A DNA stretch of 57,661 bases, counting the filler, from Platydemus manokwari (taxonomy: Eukaryota), in assembly GCA_037951405.1 (NCBI GenBank). It is 5 parts of 5 records of this genome, joined end to end, with 100 filler letters (N's around TTAATTAATTAA, not from the genome) between each part and the next. Parts side by side here need not be neighbours in the genome. Positions count along the whole stretch, not along the records: positions 30,524 to 47,070 come from JBBMOY011165879.1; positions 47,171 to 57,661 come from JBBMOY011129663.1; 3 more parts are not named here. The stretch is one strand, 5' to 3'. Shown piece by piece: positions 39,122-53,400 of this stretch. Every line of letters starts with the position of its first letter. Positions within the stretch are counted from its first letter, which is position 1. The notes under the pieces are model-generated. The model was not told where the DNA came from. It did no database searches and saw only the letters and a program-made list of their open reading frames with translations. Both the position numbers and the translations under genes were made by a program.

Positions 39122-41866
39122 TCAACCCTGACATGATCGACAATTTTCTTTGTTTATAAGGGAGCATGTGCTAGCTTCTGATTCAAGAGAAAGTTTCTCG
39201 ATAATTTCTTTTTCACTGATATTTCCATTGCCATGTAATGATTCATACATCTGTTTTACTTTATCACTTAAAACCAAAGAATTTGCTCTACTTTTATCAA
39301 TTGTAAATTGAATTGGGTCAGCAGCTGGTCTGGTTCGCAAGTAATACATACCTGTTTTCAATCCCTATAAGCAATATTTAAAAACAATATATCAATAATA
39401 TCACAAAACAATTACCTTCTTCCAAGCAAGAAAATGCAATGTTGTCAACGTTTGATAATTTGGAGCTGCAACATGTAAATTCATACTTTGACTTTGATCA
39501 ATAAATGGAGCTCGATCCGCAGCCATATTAATTATAGTAGTTTGAGGAATCTCCCATACTGTTTTATACAATTCCTTCAATTGATCCGGTAAGCCATTAA
39601 TATTTTGAACAGATCCTTTGTTGGCAATAATAGCATTCGACATATCATCAGACCAAACACCCAATTGAATTAAATCTTCAATCAAATATCGATTTAGGAC
39701 AACATATTCTCCACTCAACACTCTTCTGATATAAATGTTTGACGTGAATGGTTCAAAACATTCATTATTTCCCAAAATCTGAGATGTACTTGCTGTTGGC
39801 ATAGGAGCGACCAATAAACTATTTCTTACACCGTATCTAAAGTAAAATATAAATATATTAAATCAATAAATAAATATAATAAACAAACTTTGCAATATCT
39901 GATCTTAATTGTGGCCAATCAAGTTTATCGCTGCATTGCACATTCCACATATCTGGTTGTAAAATACCTCTACTAACCGGAGAACCTTCGTATGATTCAT
40001 AAGTTCCAAATTCTTTCGCTAATTTGCAAGACTTTCGAAGAGCACTGAAATAAATTGTTTCGAATATTCTTTTGTTTAATTCCATTGCTTCTTTACTTTC
40101 AAATGGAAAGCGTAGCAAAGCGAAAACATCGGCCAATCCTTGAACACCGATTCCAATAGGGCGATGTCTAAAATTAGAATTTTTCGCTTCTACCAATGGA
40201 TAATAGTTGATATCGATAATTTTATTGAGATTGTTCGTTATCACTTCAGTTACCTGAGATAAACATTATCAATTATTAATAATAATTTTTATCATTAATT
40301 CTAACCTTAACAAGTGAATCAAAATCGAATGTTTTCTTTTTTCGATCAACAAATTTTGTTAACGAAATCGAAGCTAAATTGCAAACAGCCACTTCATCAG
40401 GCGCACTATATTCAATGATTTCAGTACATAAATTACTGCATTTGATTGTTCCCAGATGTTGATGATTAGATTTACTATTACACGAATCTTTATACAACAT
40501 GTATGGAGTACCGGTCTCGATTTGTGAGTCAAGTATTTCTTTCCACAAAGTTCTGGCACTCATGGTTTTTACACCTTTTCCTTGACTTTCATATGATTCG
40601 TAAAGTTTTTCAAAATTATCACCCCAACAATCAAATAATCCAGTACAAATACTGGGTTCCATCAGTGTCCATGAACCGTTGTCCTTAACTCGTTTCATAA
40701 ATAAATCTGGTATCCATAGTGCGGTAAAGATGTCTCTTGCTTTCTTTGATTCATCACCGTGATTCTTTCTAACATTCAAAAATTCCAAAATATCAGGATG
40801 CCATGGCTCAATATAAATTGCAAATGATCCCGGTCTACGAGTACCTTTGTTTACATTTCGTGATCTATTATTAAAAAGCTGTATGACTGAAGTGAGACCT
40901 TTGAGATCTTCACTTGCAAGTTCATTTTGTAAATCCTTCGATTTGATGCAATGAGCATTCAATCCGATACCACCATCATGTTCGGCAATCGTTGCACAAT
41001 CATTCATTGTTCGGTGTATTTCTTCTGTGTTATCACCTCTCATTGTTAAAAGAAAACAACTTGAAAGCTGTGGTCGTTTTGTTCCAGAATTAAACAATGT
41101 TGGTGTCGCATGAATAAACCACTTTTCCGACATCAAGTTATAAGTCTAATCAATGATAATTATTGATGGAATAATATTTTAAATTAATTAAATTACCTCT
41201 ATAGCACTATCGATATCAGTTCTATGTATTCCAATGGCAACTCTCATAAACATATGTTGTGGTCGTTCTACAATTTTATTATTGATTTTTAAAAGATATA
41301 CAGCTTCTAAGGTCTAAATAAATATTAAAGTCAGCAATAGAATTTAAATAAAATTACTTTAATTCCGAAATATTCAATATAATAATCACGATCATAATTC
41401 AGAACATTCTCCAATTTAGTAGCATTATTTCGAATACATTCATATACTTGATCATCAATATTATTCACTGATTCACCTGTGATTGGATCGACGGCATTAT
41501 ATAAGTCGGTGATGACATCGATAAACTTGGATTTTGTTTCTTTATGTAATTTAGATACAACTATTCTTCCAGCTAAATGTAAATATTCGATATGTATCTT
41601 TACCATGCTAGCACATGTTTCAGATGCCAAAGTATCCAATTCGACCGTTGAAACACCAGGATATAGACCCCTCATTATCTTATGACATATTTTATCCTAT
41701 ATTATAAATTTATTAAAATGTTATTATTAAGAATATTATCAATTACAATATCAACGTTTTGGCGTTGTGATGAATTGCATAATTTCAATAGTCTATTTCT
41801 AATTTTTTCAAAATCAACTCCTTGTTTCAAACCATTTCTCTTGATAATTTCATGTACTTTTGACAT
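39122..41866 (-). CDS. RRM1: Ribonucleoside-diphosphate reductase large subunit (class Ia alpha), complete, 7 exons
   Basis: Exons 41866-41747, 41696-41358, 41313-41197, 41145-40306, 40253-39889, 39835-39416 and 39365-39122 splice in frame. ATP cone (IIKRNG...[10 protein letters not shown]), [40 protein letters not shown] and C-terminal CRSC. Confidence 0.97.
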
Positions 41867-44414
41867 ATTGATGAAATAATTATAATGTTTCAAATAATTA
41901 TTCAAACTAATTATATTTCAAAATAATTAATACCTGTTATTTTTAATTTTATTTCTATATATTATTTTATTAATTATGAAATTATGGTTTATGGAGAAGA
42001 ATTCATCAACCAATTTTTACAAAAATGAAAATCTTCTTTTAAAATTTACTTATTTTTTAAAATCTATAAAATTATAATCAAAAAATTAGAAAAAAAATAG
42101 TTTCTCAAAATAAATAATATCTTTTGACCACAATACATATAGAAAATAGATGCATATATAGTTTGTTGAATAATTCACTTAAATGGATTTATTTTCCTTT
42201 CCTTAAAAAAGAAAATTCATAATAATTCCTTGATAAATATATTAAAATTTCCTTATATAGCAACCAAAGAAAATATAAATTTACAGAACCTTTTGAACTG
42301 GTAAACTTTAGACATCCAATGTAATATTTGGAAATTTAAAGTGATACCACATGTTGATGTTTGGAATTTTTTCTTCCATTTTATTATTTTTTTAAATTAT
42401 AAATTATAATCATTTCATTCAGAAAACGTTGTTGGTCATGCGAACTTTTTTTTCATTGAGTTTAATTTATGAGCTTTTGATTTAACGAGATGACAAAGCA
42501 ACTCTATTTTTACAATCTTTTTGAAAAATATCGCAGATGAATTGCATCACTATTTCTAAGTTCTCTTTTTATAGGGAAATTATTCTTCATTTTAGAAGCA
42601 TACTCTATCCATCTTCTTCCTAATTTAAATTTAAATAATATTTACTTCCTATATTATTAACCATTTTCAATTCGACTTCGATCATTTGAAACACAAATAT
42701 CTATATTTCAGATAATCTTCATGATTTTTAAGTATTTTTTCACTCTTATTTTGATTATGAATCTTACAACAAACAATTCATTAATAATTTTGTTGGGGTT
42801 TCAAGAAAGTGACCAGTATTAACAATGACAATTTCGTATATAATAATAACAGTATTCAATGTATAAAGTATAATGTTTGAAATATTTATGTATATGGTAG
42901 TAATCTATAATATCTATAATTCGATTGTACTTAGTTTTATAACGATTTTCAAATGTTAGAAAATGTAGCGTTCATCGACGCCTGATGTTGATAAATTTTT
43001 TATGATATTGATGAAAAATCGAAACATAGTTGTTATGCATGAAACAACTATTTCGTTATTTTATCAACATATTTTTGATACATTGCATTTAGCTTTTTTA
43101 TACTATAGTGAAATCGTGTAACAATTTTTATAATCGCATTGTAGCGATAATTTTTATGACTACACTTCGGAGAGAAAATAAATATATTAATTATTATGTA
43201 ATAATTTATATTATAATATTTATGGAATAAATTTCATATAGAACGGTTTAATGGCAAATAAAACAATAGGAAAATTTAAGGGAACTTTATAAATTAATAA
43301 GGAATATTTTTCTAAAAATTGTTTTTAAATATCTTTATTTGGGAGGATTAAAAGCGCCGATTTCCAAACCATATAAATAACAGTTGCAATCAATACAACT
43401 CGCCCATTTTACCGAAACCACTAGAGAATGTGAAGTCAAATTCAACATCAACTAGAATACGTGAAGATACATATTGCCATTAGAAGCTTCCGAGTTATAT
43501 GCCCTTCGATTTTTGCCATTGAATTGATAAAGTTTTAAGTGAGTTAGATTGTTCTGTAAAATCATAATCTGTATTATATATCGTATTACGCGTTATTGTC
43601 ATATTATCGAGCTGTGTCTCAAAACATCTTGAGGTAAAGGTTCTGCTTTTAGAGTTGAAGTACGCAACCGTTTTGTTTCCAGAAGTTGTAGGTGTAACAG
43701 TGTAGGACATTTTTATTAGCTGTATAGTGTAGTATTAAACAAAACATTTTTTTTATAATTGTATAATTGTATTGTTGTTGTAACATTTAATAGTAAATAA
43801 ACGTTATTGTAAACGTGAATCATTGTGTTGTTGATTAGATAGGATATAGGATAAAATTATATAATTTTGAGACTGATTGAGAATAAATTGTATAAATTGT
43901 CGAGACTGATATAAGTAAATTTTATATAAATTGGATCATTGCTGCCTATCGTACTATCTCCATATAGCATTGATAGCGAGGTGAAGAAAGAGGATTATAA
44001 GATAAGGTTTGATTGGTATACATTAAGGGGTTGGTCAGAGCTCACAGAGACTGATCAAGTCGGCATTGATCCACAATAGATTGTAAAATACGGAGACTTA
44101 TAAAGAAAAACCAAATTATCCCAAAAATTCAACAATTTTATTCACAATTCCAGAAGCGTCTACGGTTAATAAACTTCAAAGAAGAATAAAACCAGACATT
44201 AGTGAGGGAATGAAACCTTATAAATAGGAAGAGTATGCGTTTTTATAAATAATTTATGGTTTTACAATTATTAGATTTTACTTAGTCTTCATATGACGGT
44301 GAGTCATACTGAATGTGTACTAGGCACATAAGCTCGGAATCCCTTATGCAATCGATGTTATGTATTAGCCCTTCTATATCGCAGTCTATCTTCGTATGTA
44401 GAAAAATGTGCATA

Positions 44415-44625
44415 TAATAATTGCGGTCACTGCCTTATATAGAAAAGTGTGACTCATTCGTAGACATTCTCTGCGAATATTTATTTAATGCAGAGTATAT
44501 ATCTTAATTGCACTGAAATTTAGTGTGACAGAGGGAAATTCTTCTGCATTTAATTGCATAGCTATTTTATTTTATTTAACATTTGACTATTTTTTGATTC
44601 TGGCTGAATATTTTATTTATTGCGA
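44415..44625 (-). repeat. Third, more diverged copy of the repeat block A family
   Basis: GTGACAGAGGGAAATTCTTCTGCATTTAATTGCA...TTTTATTTTATTTAA matches 8020-8075 and the reverse complement of ~6940-7095. Confidence 0.75.
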
Positions 44626-45375
44626 TGTGTTTCGTGATTGTGATTGTTGTTCAACCTATCAGTCCCTAATTCAATAATTTTATTATTGTAGATCAATGTC
44701 GTCTTATCAGCCACACGTGGTTCTAACCAAACCTAAGACACAATTTTAAACCTTATTATTATTTGTTTTCTTCACCATTCAATATTTATTATGATGTCCA
44801 ACATTTGTTAGCATTTATTCGTGGTTCAATCTCTATTGTCCTAGAAGCCCAACTAATACCGGGGTAGTGAATGAATTCCATAAAAACATTGTCATTATTT
44901 CAGGAAACATTACCATTACTTCCTAATAACTAAAAAATTTCTTCAGCCTCATGAGCACGAAATTTCCACAGAAACAGAAAAATTAACTAATTCAATCAAT
45001 AATATACTTATTCTAATTCTTTATTTATTGAATTTTAGAAAATTTCCAAATAAATATTGTAAATTAATTAATTTCCTAGAGAAATTTTTTAATATATAAC
45101 ATATAAAACAGCTATAAAACAAATACTCAAACAATTGAAATAATATTATAAAACCATATTTTAGATTAATAAAATTCTTAATAATTGAGATAGTATGTTC
45201 ACATAATAAGAATAATTCTTGCTGAAATATTCAGGGCCAATATATCATATATGTTTAGAAGATATGCAAAAGTTATAAATTCAAAAGAACAATGAAATTT
45301 TTTTGAAATTAAATTAGAATCTAAATTGTTTAATCGAACTAAAACTTCATTATTATATAACCTTTCATTTGAAAC

Positions 45376-46807
45376 ATGTCTGAAAAGAACGTGCTTTTAC
45401 AAAATGCCGCTGATAGATTGAGAATTTTAAGCATAAAGTCAACAAATGCTTCGAATTCTGGGTTGGAATTATATTTTTTATTGGTTTAATTTAAAAAATT
45501 ATTTAGACATCCAACTTCATGTGCATCTGCAGCAGAAATAATGTCTGTTTTGTTCCTCGACGTGATGCGTTACCATGTTGACGATCCTCGAAATCCAAAC
45601 AATGATAGATTTGTTTTATCCAAGGTAAAACATTATTATTCTGAAGTACATATTAGACATTTGAATTGTCTAGGGACACGCAGCACCGATATTATATGCA
45701 GCTTGGGTTGAAGCTGGATTGTTGCATCCAGATGAAATTCTTAATTTGCGTAAGATTTCATCTGATCTCGAGGGACACCCAACTCCTGTGAGTTTTAATA
45801 CATTTATCTTAATGTTCTTGTTAATGGGTTTATTACGTAATAATGTTTATTGATGGGTTTGAAGTTATCAAAGAGAAATATTAATCAAGATCCCAATTTT
45901 AATATTTATTTAAGTTTACAGAATTATTCATTATTTTGAAGTATTTTAAAATTTGAAATATTGTTGTAAAGGATATCGAAATAATTATTATACAATCGTT
46001 ATGAATTTCTATGATACGGCACGCGCGAAAATATGAAATGTAAACATATTTACCCACAAATGAAACCACAAACGATTACACAATAGCTATTAGTTGTGTG
46101 TAATCATTTATTTATCTTTCAGAGGCTACCATTCGTAGATGTTGCAACGGGTTCGTTAGGTCAAGGATTGAGTTGTGCTGCTGGAATGGCATATACGGCT
46201 AAATATTTCGATAAAGCTCCATATAGAGTGTATTGTTTGCTCGGTGATGGAGAATCAGCTGAAGGATCAGTTTGGGAGGCTTTATCTTTCAGTGGTATTT
46301 ATCAGCTTGATAATTTGGTGGCCATTTTTGACATCAACCGTCTGGGACAGAGCCAACCGACTGCATTTCAACATAACATTGAAATATATGAAAAGCGAGT
46401 GGCATCTTTTGGGTAATTATTTGCAATATTAGCATTCCGACGGCAATTAATATAAATATTAATGAAGATGGCACGTGATTGTGGTGGATGGGCACGATGT
46501 TTCTAGCTTGATCGAGGCGTTTGAGCAGGCATCACACACCACTGGGAAGCCAACTGCAATTATAGCCAAAACATTTAAGGGGGCAGGGTTTGAAGGTATA
46601 TCGGATGAAGATAATTGGCATGGAAAGGCTTTGGGTAATAAAGCTGCTGCTGTTATTGGTCATTTGGAGGATAAAATAAGGAAATCTTCGGTTGGTGGGG
46701 CTGGTGATTGTACTTTGAAACCGAAATTACCCAGCAATACTTTGCAACCGGCCGATTCGGAACCGATTAAGATGTTGGAGAAGCCCAATTATAAGATTGG
46801 ACAAATG
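45376..46807 (+). CDS. TKT: Transketolase, N-terminal ThDP-binding half; remainder absent from this contig
   Basis: Exons ~45376-45461, 45507-45624, 45674-45787, 46123-46412 and 46468-46807. [54 protein letters not shown]...[14 protein letters not shown] (animal type). Confidence 0.96.
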
Positions 46808-46827
46808 GTAAAGGCTTGAATTTTATA

Positions 46828-46851
46828 TATAATAATAATAATTATTATTAT

Positions 46852-46889
<38 letters not shown>

Positions 46890-47020
46890 ATTATGTATTA
46901 TTGACATTTATAATTGGCTAATTTTGATATTTTTGCTATAACAATGATTATATAAATAAATAGTATAATATAATGATAATTATGGAGCTAAATAATAAGA
47001 ATAATAATAATAATAATCAA
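46828..47020. repeat. (AAT)n/(ATT)n low-complexity tract before the contig end
   Basis: Runs of AAT, then ATT, then AAT triplets. Confidence 0.85.
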
Positions 47021-47070
47021 CCATTAATAAGAATGACAAAATTCCGAAAATAATATAATTCTAATAAAAT

Positions 47071-47170
47071 NNNNNNNNNNNNNNNNNNNNNNNNNNNNNN
47101 NNNNNNNNNNNNNNTTAATTAATTAANNNNNNNNNNNNNNNNNNNNNNNNNNNNNNNNNNNNNNNNNNNN
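47071..47170. other. Artificial 100-nt contig spacer
   Basis: 44 N + TTAATTAATTAA + 44 N. Confidence 0.97.
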
Positions 47171-47472
47171 TTTCATTTTTACTTTAATTATTTTCAATTT
47201 GATATAATCTTGCTTGGGATATTTAACTGGTTTTTATTAATAACCTATGCAGATTCGCAAATGTTTTCCATTACTTATGAACATTGAAATAATTACATAT
47301 TTGATCTATGACGATGTTATGACTTTTTGAACTGATCTAAACTGAAATTTGCCTTGGATTTTCAAATGATTCTTAAACGATTGATTATTATAAAATATTA
47401 AAAATTATTATAAGAAAATATTTATGTTAATAATTATTATTTGTTGAATAATTTTGTTAACAATTTTTCTAG

Positions 47473-50400
47473 TTATCCAATGATGCCGATCTCTTTACAG
47501 AATAGTTATTCTACTCAACAATTAACTATTGCAAACGGCAGCCTCGGTACAGCTGTTCAATTGATGCCCGTTATGAATCAAAATAATAATCAGATTAACA
47601 ATTCGAGAGTTCAATCTCTCCCATTATTTATGACTCCAATAATAGGTAATTTGATTAATTTCTTTCGCTGTCGTAATGAAATAATTATAAACACGCAAAT
47701 ATGAATGTCATTCACATGATGTTTATGGCAACAGTTGGTAATTTTGTAATCAGAAATGGTTATGTTAAAAAGGAACAAGAGACATTTTTTGAAAAAAAAG
47801 CATTTCCCTTGTTAAGTCATTTTCATGAATCATTTGCATGTCAGGATACACTAGTCATTATCAGTACATATCTTTATATATTATTTGTAGATATACTAGA
47901 AATCACTTAATAAAACTGATACAACAATATTTCGTCAATCCATCGCAGCTATTCATTTTATTATATTTTTAAAATAATTACCATTTTTTAAAATAATTTT
48001 AATTTGATCAATTTTCTTGAATATTTCAGATAATTGCAGGGAGATATTGATATTTATAGACTTGAATTTCTTTTTATTATAATAGTAGAATCATCGAATA
48101 TGTATAAATTTTTCAATCACAGCTGACGTACTTATTTACATCTTAACCAAACGATCTTCATTTCTGTCAAATTGTCACGCTTCTAAAATATCAGTAATGT
48201 CGTGTTTTTAAGTTTTTTTCATTTTATTATTATTATAACGTAAATTTTTATTATAACAAAAGTAGTGATTTTTCGAACTTTAGATCTTTGGTTTTCAAAT
48301 TTTAAATTACTATAATAAGATAGAATAAAGGATGTTATAAAGTGGTGATTCGATAAATGATTCGTCTATTGATGTCTTTTCTTGCTTCGTAGTGTTTATT
48401 GAATTTATAAATTTGTATTTATTTTCATGAAAAATATAGGTGCACACAGTGGGATGTTATTTCAACCGAACATGACAATTATGCCACAAACATCTAATAC
48501 CATGCAGACTATAAGTTTACCAAACAGTTCATATTCCAATGAATATAACCCCGGTATCGCTATACAGTCGCAACCAATGTACAGTTCTAGTATTAGAAAT
48601 ACAACAGTGTTCACTACAGATTGTGAAAATATTATGAAACAAGATGTTGAATCCAATAAATTGACCACGGTTCCTGTGCAGAATGTTGAGAAACCAGAAT
48701 TGTTGGATACTAGTTCAAAAGTTAGTAAAATACAATCGGAGGTCGAACCCATTGTTACAGTCAGAACAAATGTCAAACATCGTGAATTGATTCGAACGCA
48801 AATTTATCGAATGAAAGTGCCCATTGAAGAATCACCGGTCATCAAGCTTCAAATTTCACCAGAACCCATCATCATTCAACAGCCTACTCCACTTCCTCTT
48901 TTACCTGAAGAAGTTCCGTTAGCGATTGAGGAAAACAAAATCGAATTAGAGAAGGCCGTGGAAATTGGTGAGTTATCAGTATTTTTCAATATTTTTATTT
49001 TACTATTTTATTCCAAATATATCGATAAATAATCTTATCTTATTGTTTAATATCGAGATATTAAAATAATATATTAGTTATTTACAAAAATGATAAATTA
49101 ACCGTTGTGTCTAATTTAAAAATAATTTTATAAGCCAGTTAATAAGATATTTGTTCAAATGAAATTTATTTGTTTTTAATTGCCTTTTATAAATATTGAG
49201 ATTTGTTTTATTTTATTGAAAAATATTTGAAAAAGTATGACAGCTGGTAGAAATAATATTAAATTCAGAAATAATCTTGATTTTATTTTACAAATAAATT
49301 AAACTTACATTCCAATATTTATATAGATATTTATAATTTGCTTATATATGTAATATCCATTAGAATTGTCAAATAAATAAATCTGTAAATGATGTTTATA
49401 CTGTTTGGGATCTGTAACAAATAGTTCTCAACTTAAATCAATTCAGAATTGGAATTGGCTTTATTTTTCCATTGTTTATTTATCAATAATTCGAATAATA
49501 AAGAATCTTGACTGTGAACCCTGTAAAATATCGAATGAAACGGATTGAGAGTCTACAATTATTTAAAAAATGAAAATAGTATTTATTTAGCCGCATTTGT
49601 GCCTGTTTACCACAATGGAGAATACTGGAAATATCATTAAAAAGCAATTATTTTTGGATATCATATTAATACTTTATCATGTTTGAAAGTTTGCCAGAAT
49701 GGAAAAATCCTAATAGAGAGCGTTTCTCGTTTTTCATTAATATTTATTGGAAAAATTTCATCTTGGACTTGATCTAATAGGTTAATTTTAGAAGTTAAAT
49801 TTATTTTATTTTTATTTGTTTTTTATATAAATTAATAATTGTTTCACCGTCAATAATTAATATTTATAAATAAAATTCATGTTTTTCTTTGTGTTCTTTT
49901 TTTTGATGAAATTTTTTCTGGAAGAAAACTGAATGAATAATTTTTGATGATTCATAAAATGTAGTGTTCTGTTTATGAAAACTGAAATCATTCAGTAATT
50001 ATAATTTACTAGATATTTTCCCCTTGTTCATAAATTAGCGGAGGATTTTTCGTTGATTTCAATTCCACACTACTTATTCATAATTTAACCATTTATTTTT
50101 CAGTTGAAAATAAAATCGAAAAAACCAAAGAGGATGTGATATCGTCTCCAGAAGTTAAATCTACCATATCAACAGAAATTGTCATTCCTAAGAAAGCATC
50201 TCCTATTATTACCAATACGACCAATGAACCAGAAAACCAGAAAAAAACGTAAGAATATTCATTGAATATGATAAATCATTGTTCCTAAAACCATATAAAT
50301 TTTTTTGGAATTAATATCATTGAGACTGTAAACAGATTTTATTATATGATTAATTGACTGAATAGAATCACTGTTCGATAATATTGCCAGCAGATCGTTG

Positions 50401-53400
50401 TTTGTATACAGATATTCTGAATATCCTTAAAATGAATAAATTGAATTGAATAATTAATTTTTTCAATATTTTCCACATGATTCGACATAAATTTATTACA
50501 TCTATGACAAATATCAAATTAATTCAAACAGCGCTCCGCTGTGTTTTGTACAGATCTTTAATTGAGTTTAACCTAGTTTCCAATCCGACATGAATGAATG
50601 ATACATTCAAATTCACAACGAATGATTCTGTGGGAGAAAATGACAATTTTCTTACTGTTATAATATAATTATAAATCAATTTGAACGAAACGAAAACAAA
50701 TTATTTATAAATTCATACTGATAGAATAAATGAATTGTATGGAAAATTATATAAAAACTCCTAACAATCAAGTATTTAAATGATTTGGTAAATTTTAATA
50801 ATAAATACTGGTCCTATACGATGTAAAAAACGTTTATTGTTCATCATTTCATCAGAACAACCATTGAATCTAAACCCACTACACCAATTCCTTTGCCATT
50901 GAAAAGAAAATTACCAAGTCCAGAAATACTGGAAGAAAGTGAACCTGCCAAGAAATTACCGAAAAATTTAACCATTGATGACAAACCGGAATCTGGACCA
51001 AAATCACCGATTTCGTTATTTGAAAAATTGTGCAAAGATAATCCAGAACGGCAAAATTCTGTATTCAATCAAAACAATAGACAATCCAATAAATTAACAG
51101 CAGTCGTTCGTCCAGAACAAAGAAAAGTTTTAGTTCATTATTTAGACGATTTGATTGTTTTCGAAAGCGATGTACCTTTTCCGGTTAGATATTGAGATTA
51201 TTATTTTTTACAATACTAGACTCGGCGATCATTAATATTTGATATATCGGTATTTATTATCAAGTTAATCATAGATTCGATAACTAATTCGTTATTTAAT
51301 TTTTCATTTCCGAAAATTTGGAACTTTAATAATGGAAAACTTATAGATTAATTGTTTGACTTCATTTTTTTTTAAATTTTAATATTTCTGGCATGGAACA
51401 TTTTGTCTTTTAAAATTTAATATAATGTTGGAAATTAGATGAATGATCTTAATTTCACTTTTTCAGGTAAAGATTTCACCATATTGTGATTTTTTGGCCT
51501 CTTTGTAAATTTATAATTATAACCTTGTCAGTTTCTCTATGTGTTACATATACAATTGTAATCTTGACAAGAATAGAGAGAATCAATTATTATAATAACA
51601 AGATTTAGTAGACTATTTCTTTAATGAATCGTATTTTAATACATAGCGATAAATTTTCTGTAGTGAGAGAAAAATTGCTCGAACTAATGATCCTTTCGAA
51701 AAGCTTCAATAAATTTGATACTCATTAATTGATGATATTATTAAGTCTCATCTTTAAATCGAAATGTACATTTCAACAGATAAATTCAATAGATCAACAA
51801 ATAAACTGCTACGATTTTTATATAAATACTATATTTCCAGATATGATAAAAAACTGATCAAATTTTTTTTATTAGCTGTAATTTCGATTTGTTCCAAAAC
51901 TAATAAAAGTCGCACGAATAAGAATTAATATTCTCTATTCAATAAAAAAGTACTTCTAATTTAATATTTTTATGCTTTATATTAAAAACATATTTGGAGA
52001 TTCTTTAAGTTATATTTGATTCGATGTGATACTTTGACATAAGGATCCTGTAATAGATCACCCATTAACTTGAACCAATTTTGTATTTTTATAACCATTT
52101 ATAATCATTTTGATATCTTTTCGTAGATCATATCGTTTTATTTTCAATGACATTATGAAATTTTAACCTTATTTTCAAATGTATAGATACAAATTAATAT
52201 TGTACTGGCTTTAGTAAATAATCGTGTGAACTATATTCTCCAATCTGTAATATAGTTATTATCATATTTTATAGACTACTAACAAAATGCAAGTAGTCAA
52301 ATCTGCACTGAAAGCTGGTAATATAAAACTGAACTCTCAAAAATCGAAATTGTTTACCGATCATTTTCTTTATACCAACAATACTGATGATGAAATGTCA
52401 CCGAATCAGCATAAACAAAAACTCGCTAAGCATAACTATAATCATGCACTGAATGTCAAACCTGGTTTTTTTATTCTAGTTTTTCGAAAGTTTTTTCTAA
52501 TTATTTAGATAGATTCTTGTATGGAACCTTTATCTATTGACATACCCACTACCAACACGACCAGTAGTTGTGGTTCTGTAGATTCGAGTCAAGTTAGGCC
52601 ATTATCAGTATGTTCTCGTCGATCTCCGACACCAGTTTCAATTCCTGCTTCTATGAAAAAGATTCCAAAGGATATTTCACCGAAAAAAGGTATTTTAGTA
52701 TACATTTTTTCCTGAAATTTCTTATAATCAAGTTAAATGAAGTTATATTTATATATATATGACTAGTTTGTTTTATTAGATTAATCATTTGAAAATTTGT
52801 AAAACTAATGTGACGTTGTAACCAGGAAACAAATATCAAAGCTCCAGTCCAATAATTCATTTCAATTTTTGTATAACTACATGAAATCCAATATTTTTTA
52901 AAGCAATGAGATATAATAAAATAAGCTACGGTATAACATGCTGTATCATCTGTAATCTCTATTCTGATTTATTTGGGGTTCACAGGATTTTTGCAATAAC
53001 TATTTCATTATAGAACTTTGAAAATTTGCAACTACTTATATGGTTCTCATCGCTTTTATACTCACTACTTATCTTAAACATTACCAATAGTTCAGTCGTG
53101 AAACTAATAATTTGAACCACTTTTCTTACCAAAGAATTCAAAAATGTCAAATTTAATACCACAAATATACGATCTAGACCTGTATTCTACAAGGGATTAT
53201 GTTTGAGCTAATTTTTGAAATTTATTTAAATACAATTCTAATGGCAAGAAATATTGAAAAAAAATAGACTACTTTATAACTCCAAAACCATAAGAGATAA
53301 TCCATAAAATAATCACGGTCAATCTCTAACTTTTGATAACTATTGGATTATAATTCGATCACTATTTTAACTTTATAACTTTTATTTTATTAATATGTTG

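Noticed and set aside
39122-41866. RRM1 as a viral or horizontally acquired gene
   Set aside because: It has six host-style minimal GT-AG introns, a eukaryotic ATP cone and C-terminus, and no linked viral genes on this contig.
21700-46807. ENPP + RRM1 + transketolase as a nucleotide-metabolism gene cluster
   Set aside because: ENPP is on a different contig. The RRM1-TKT divergent adjacency is real, but a single pair separated by 3.5 kb of repeats gives no evidence of co-regulation.
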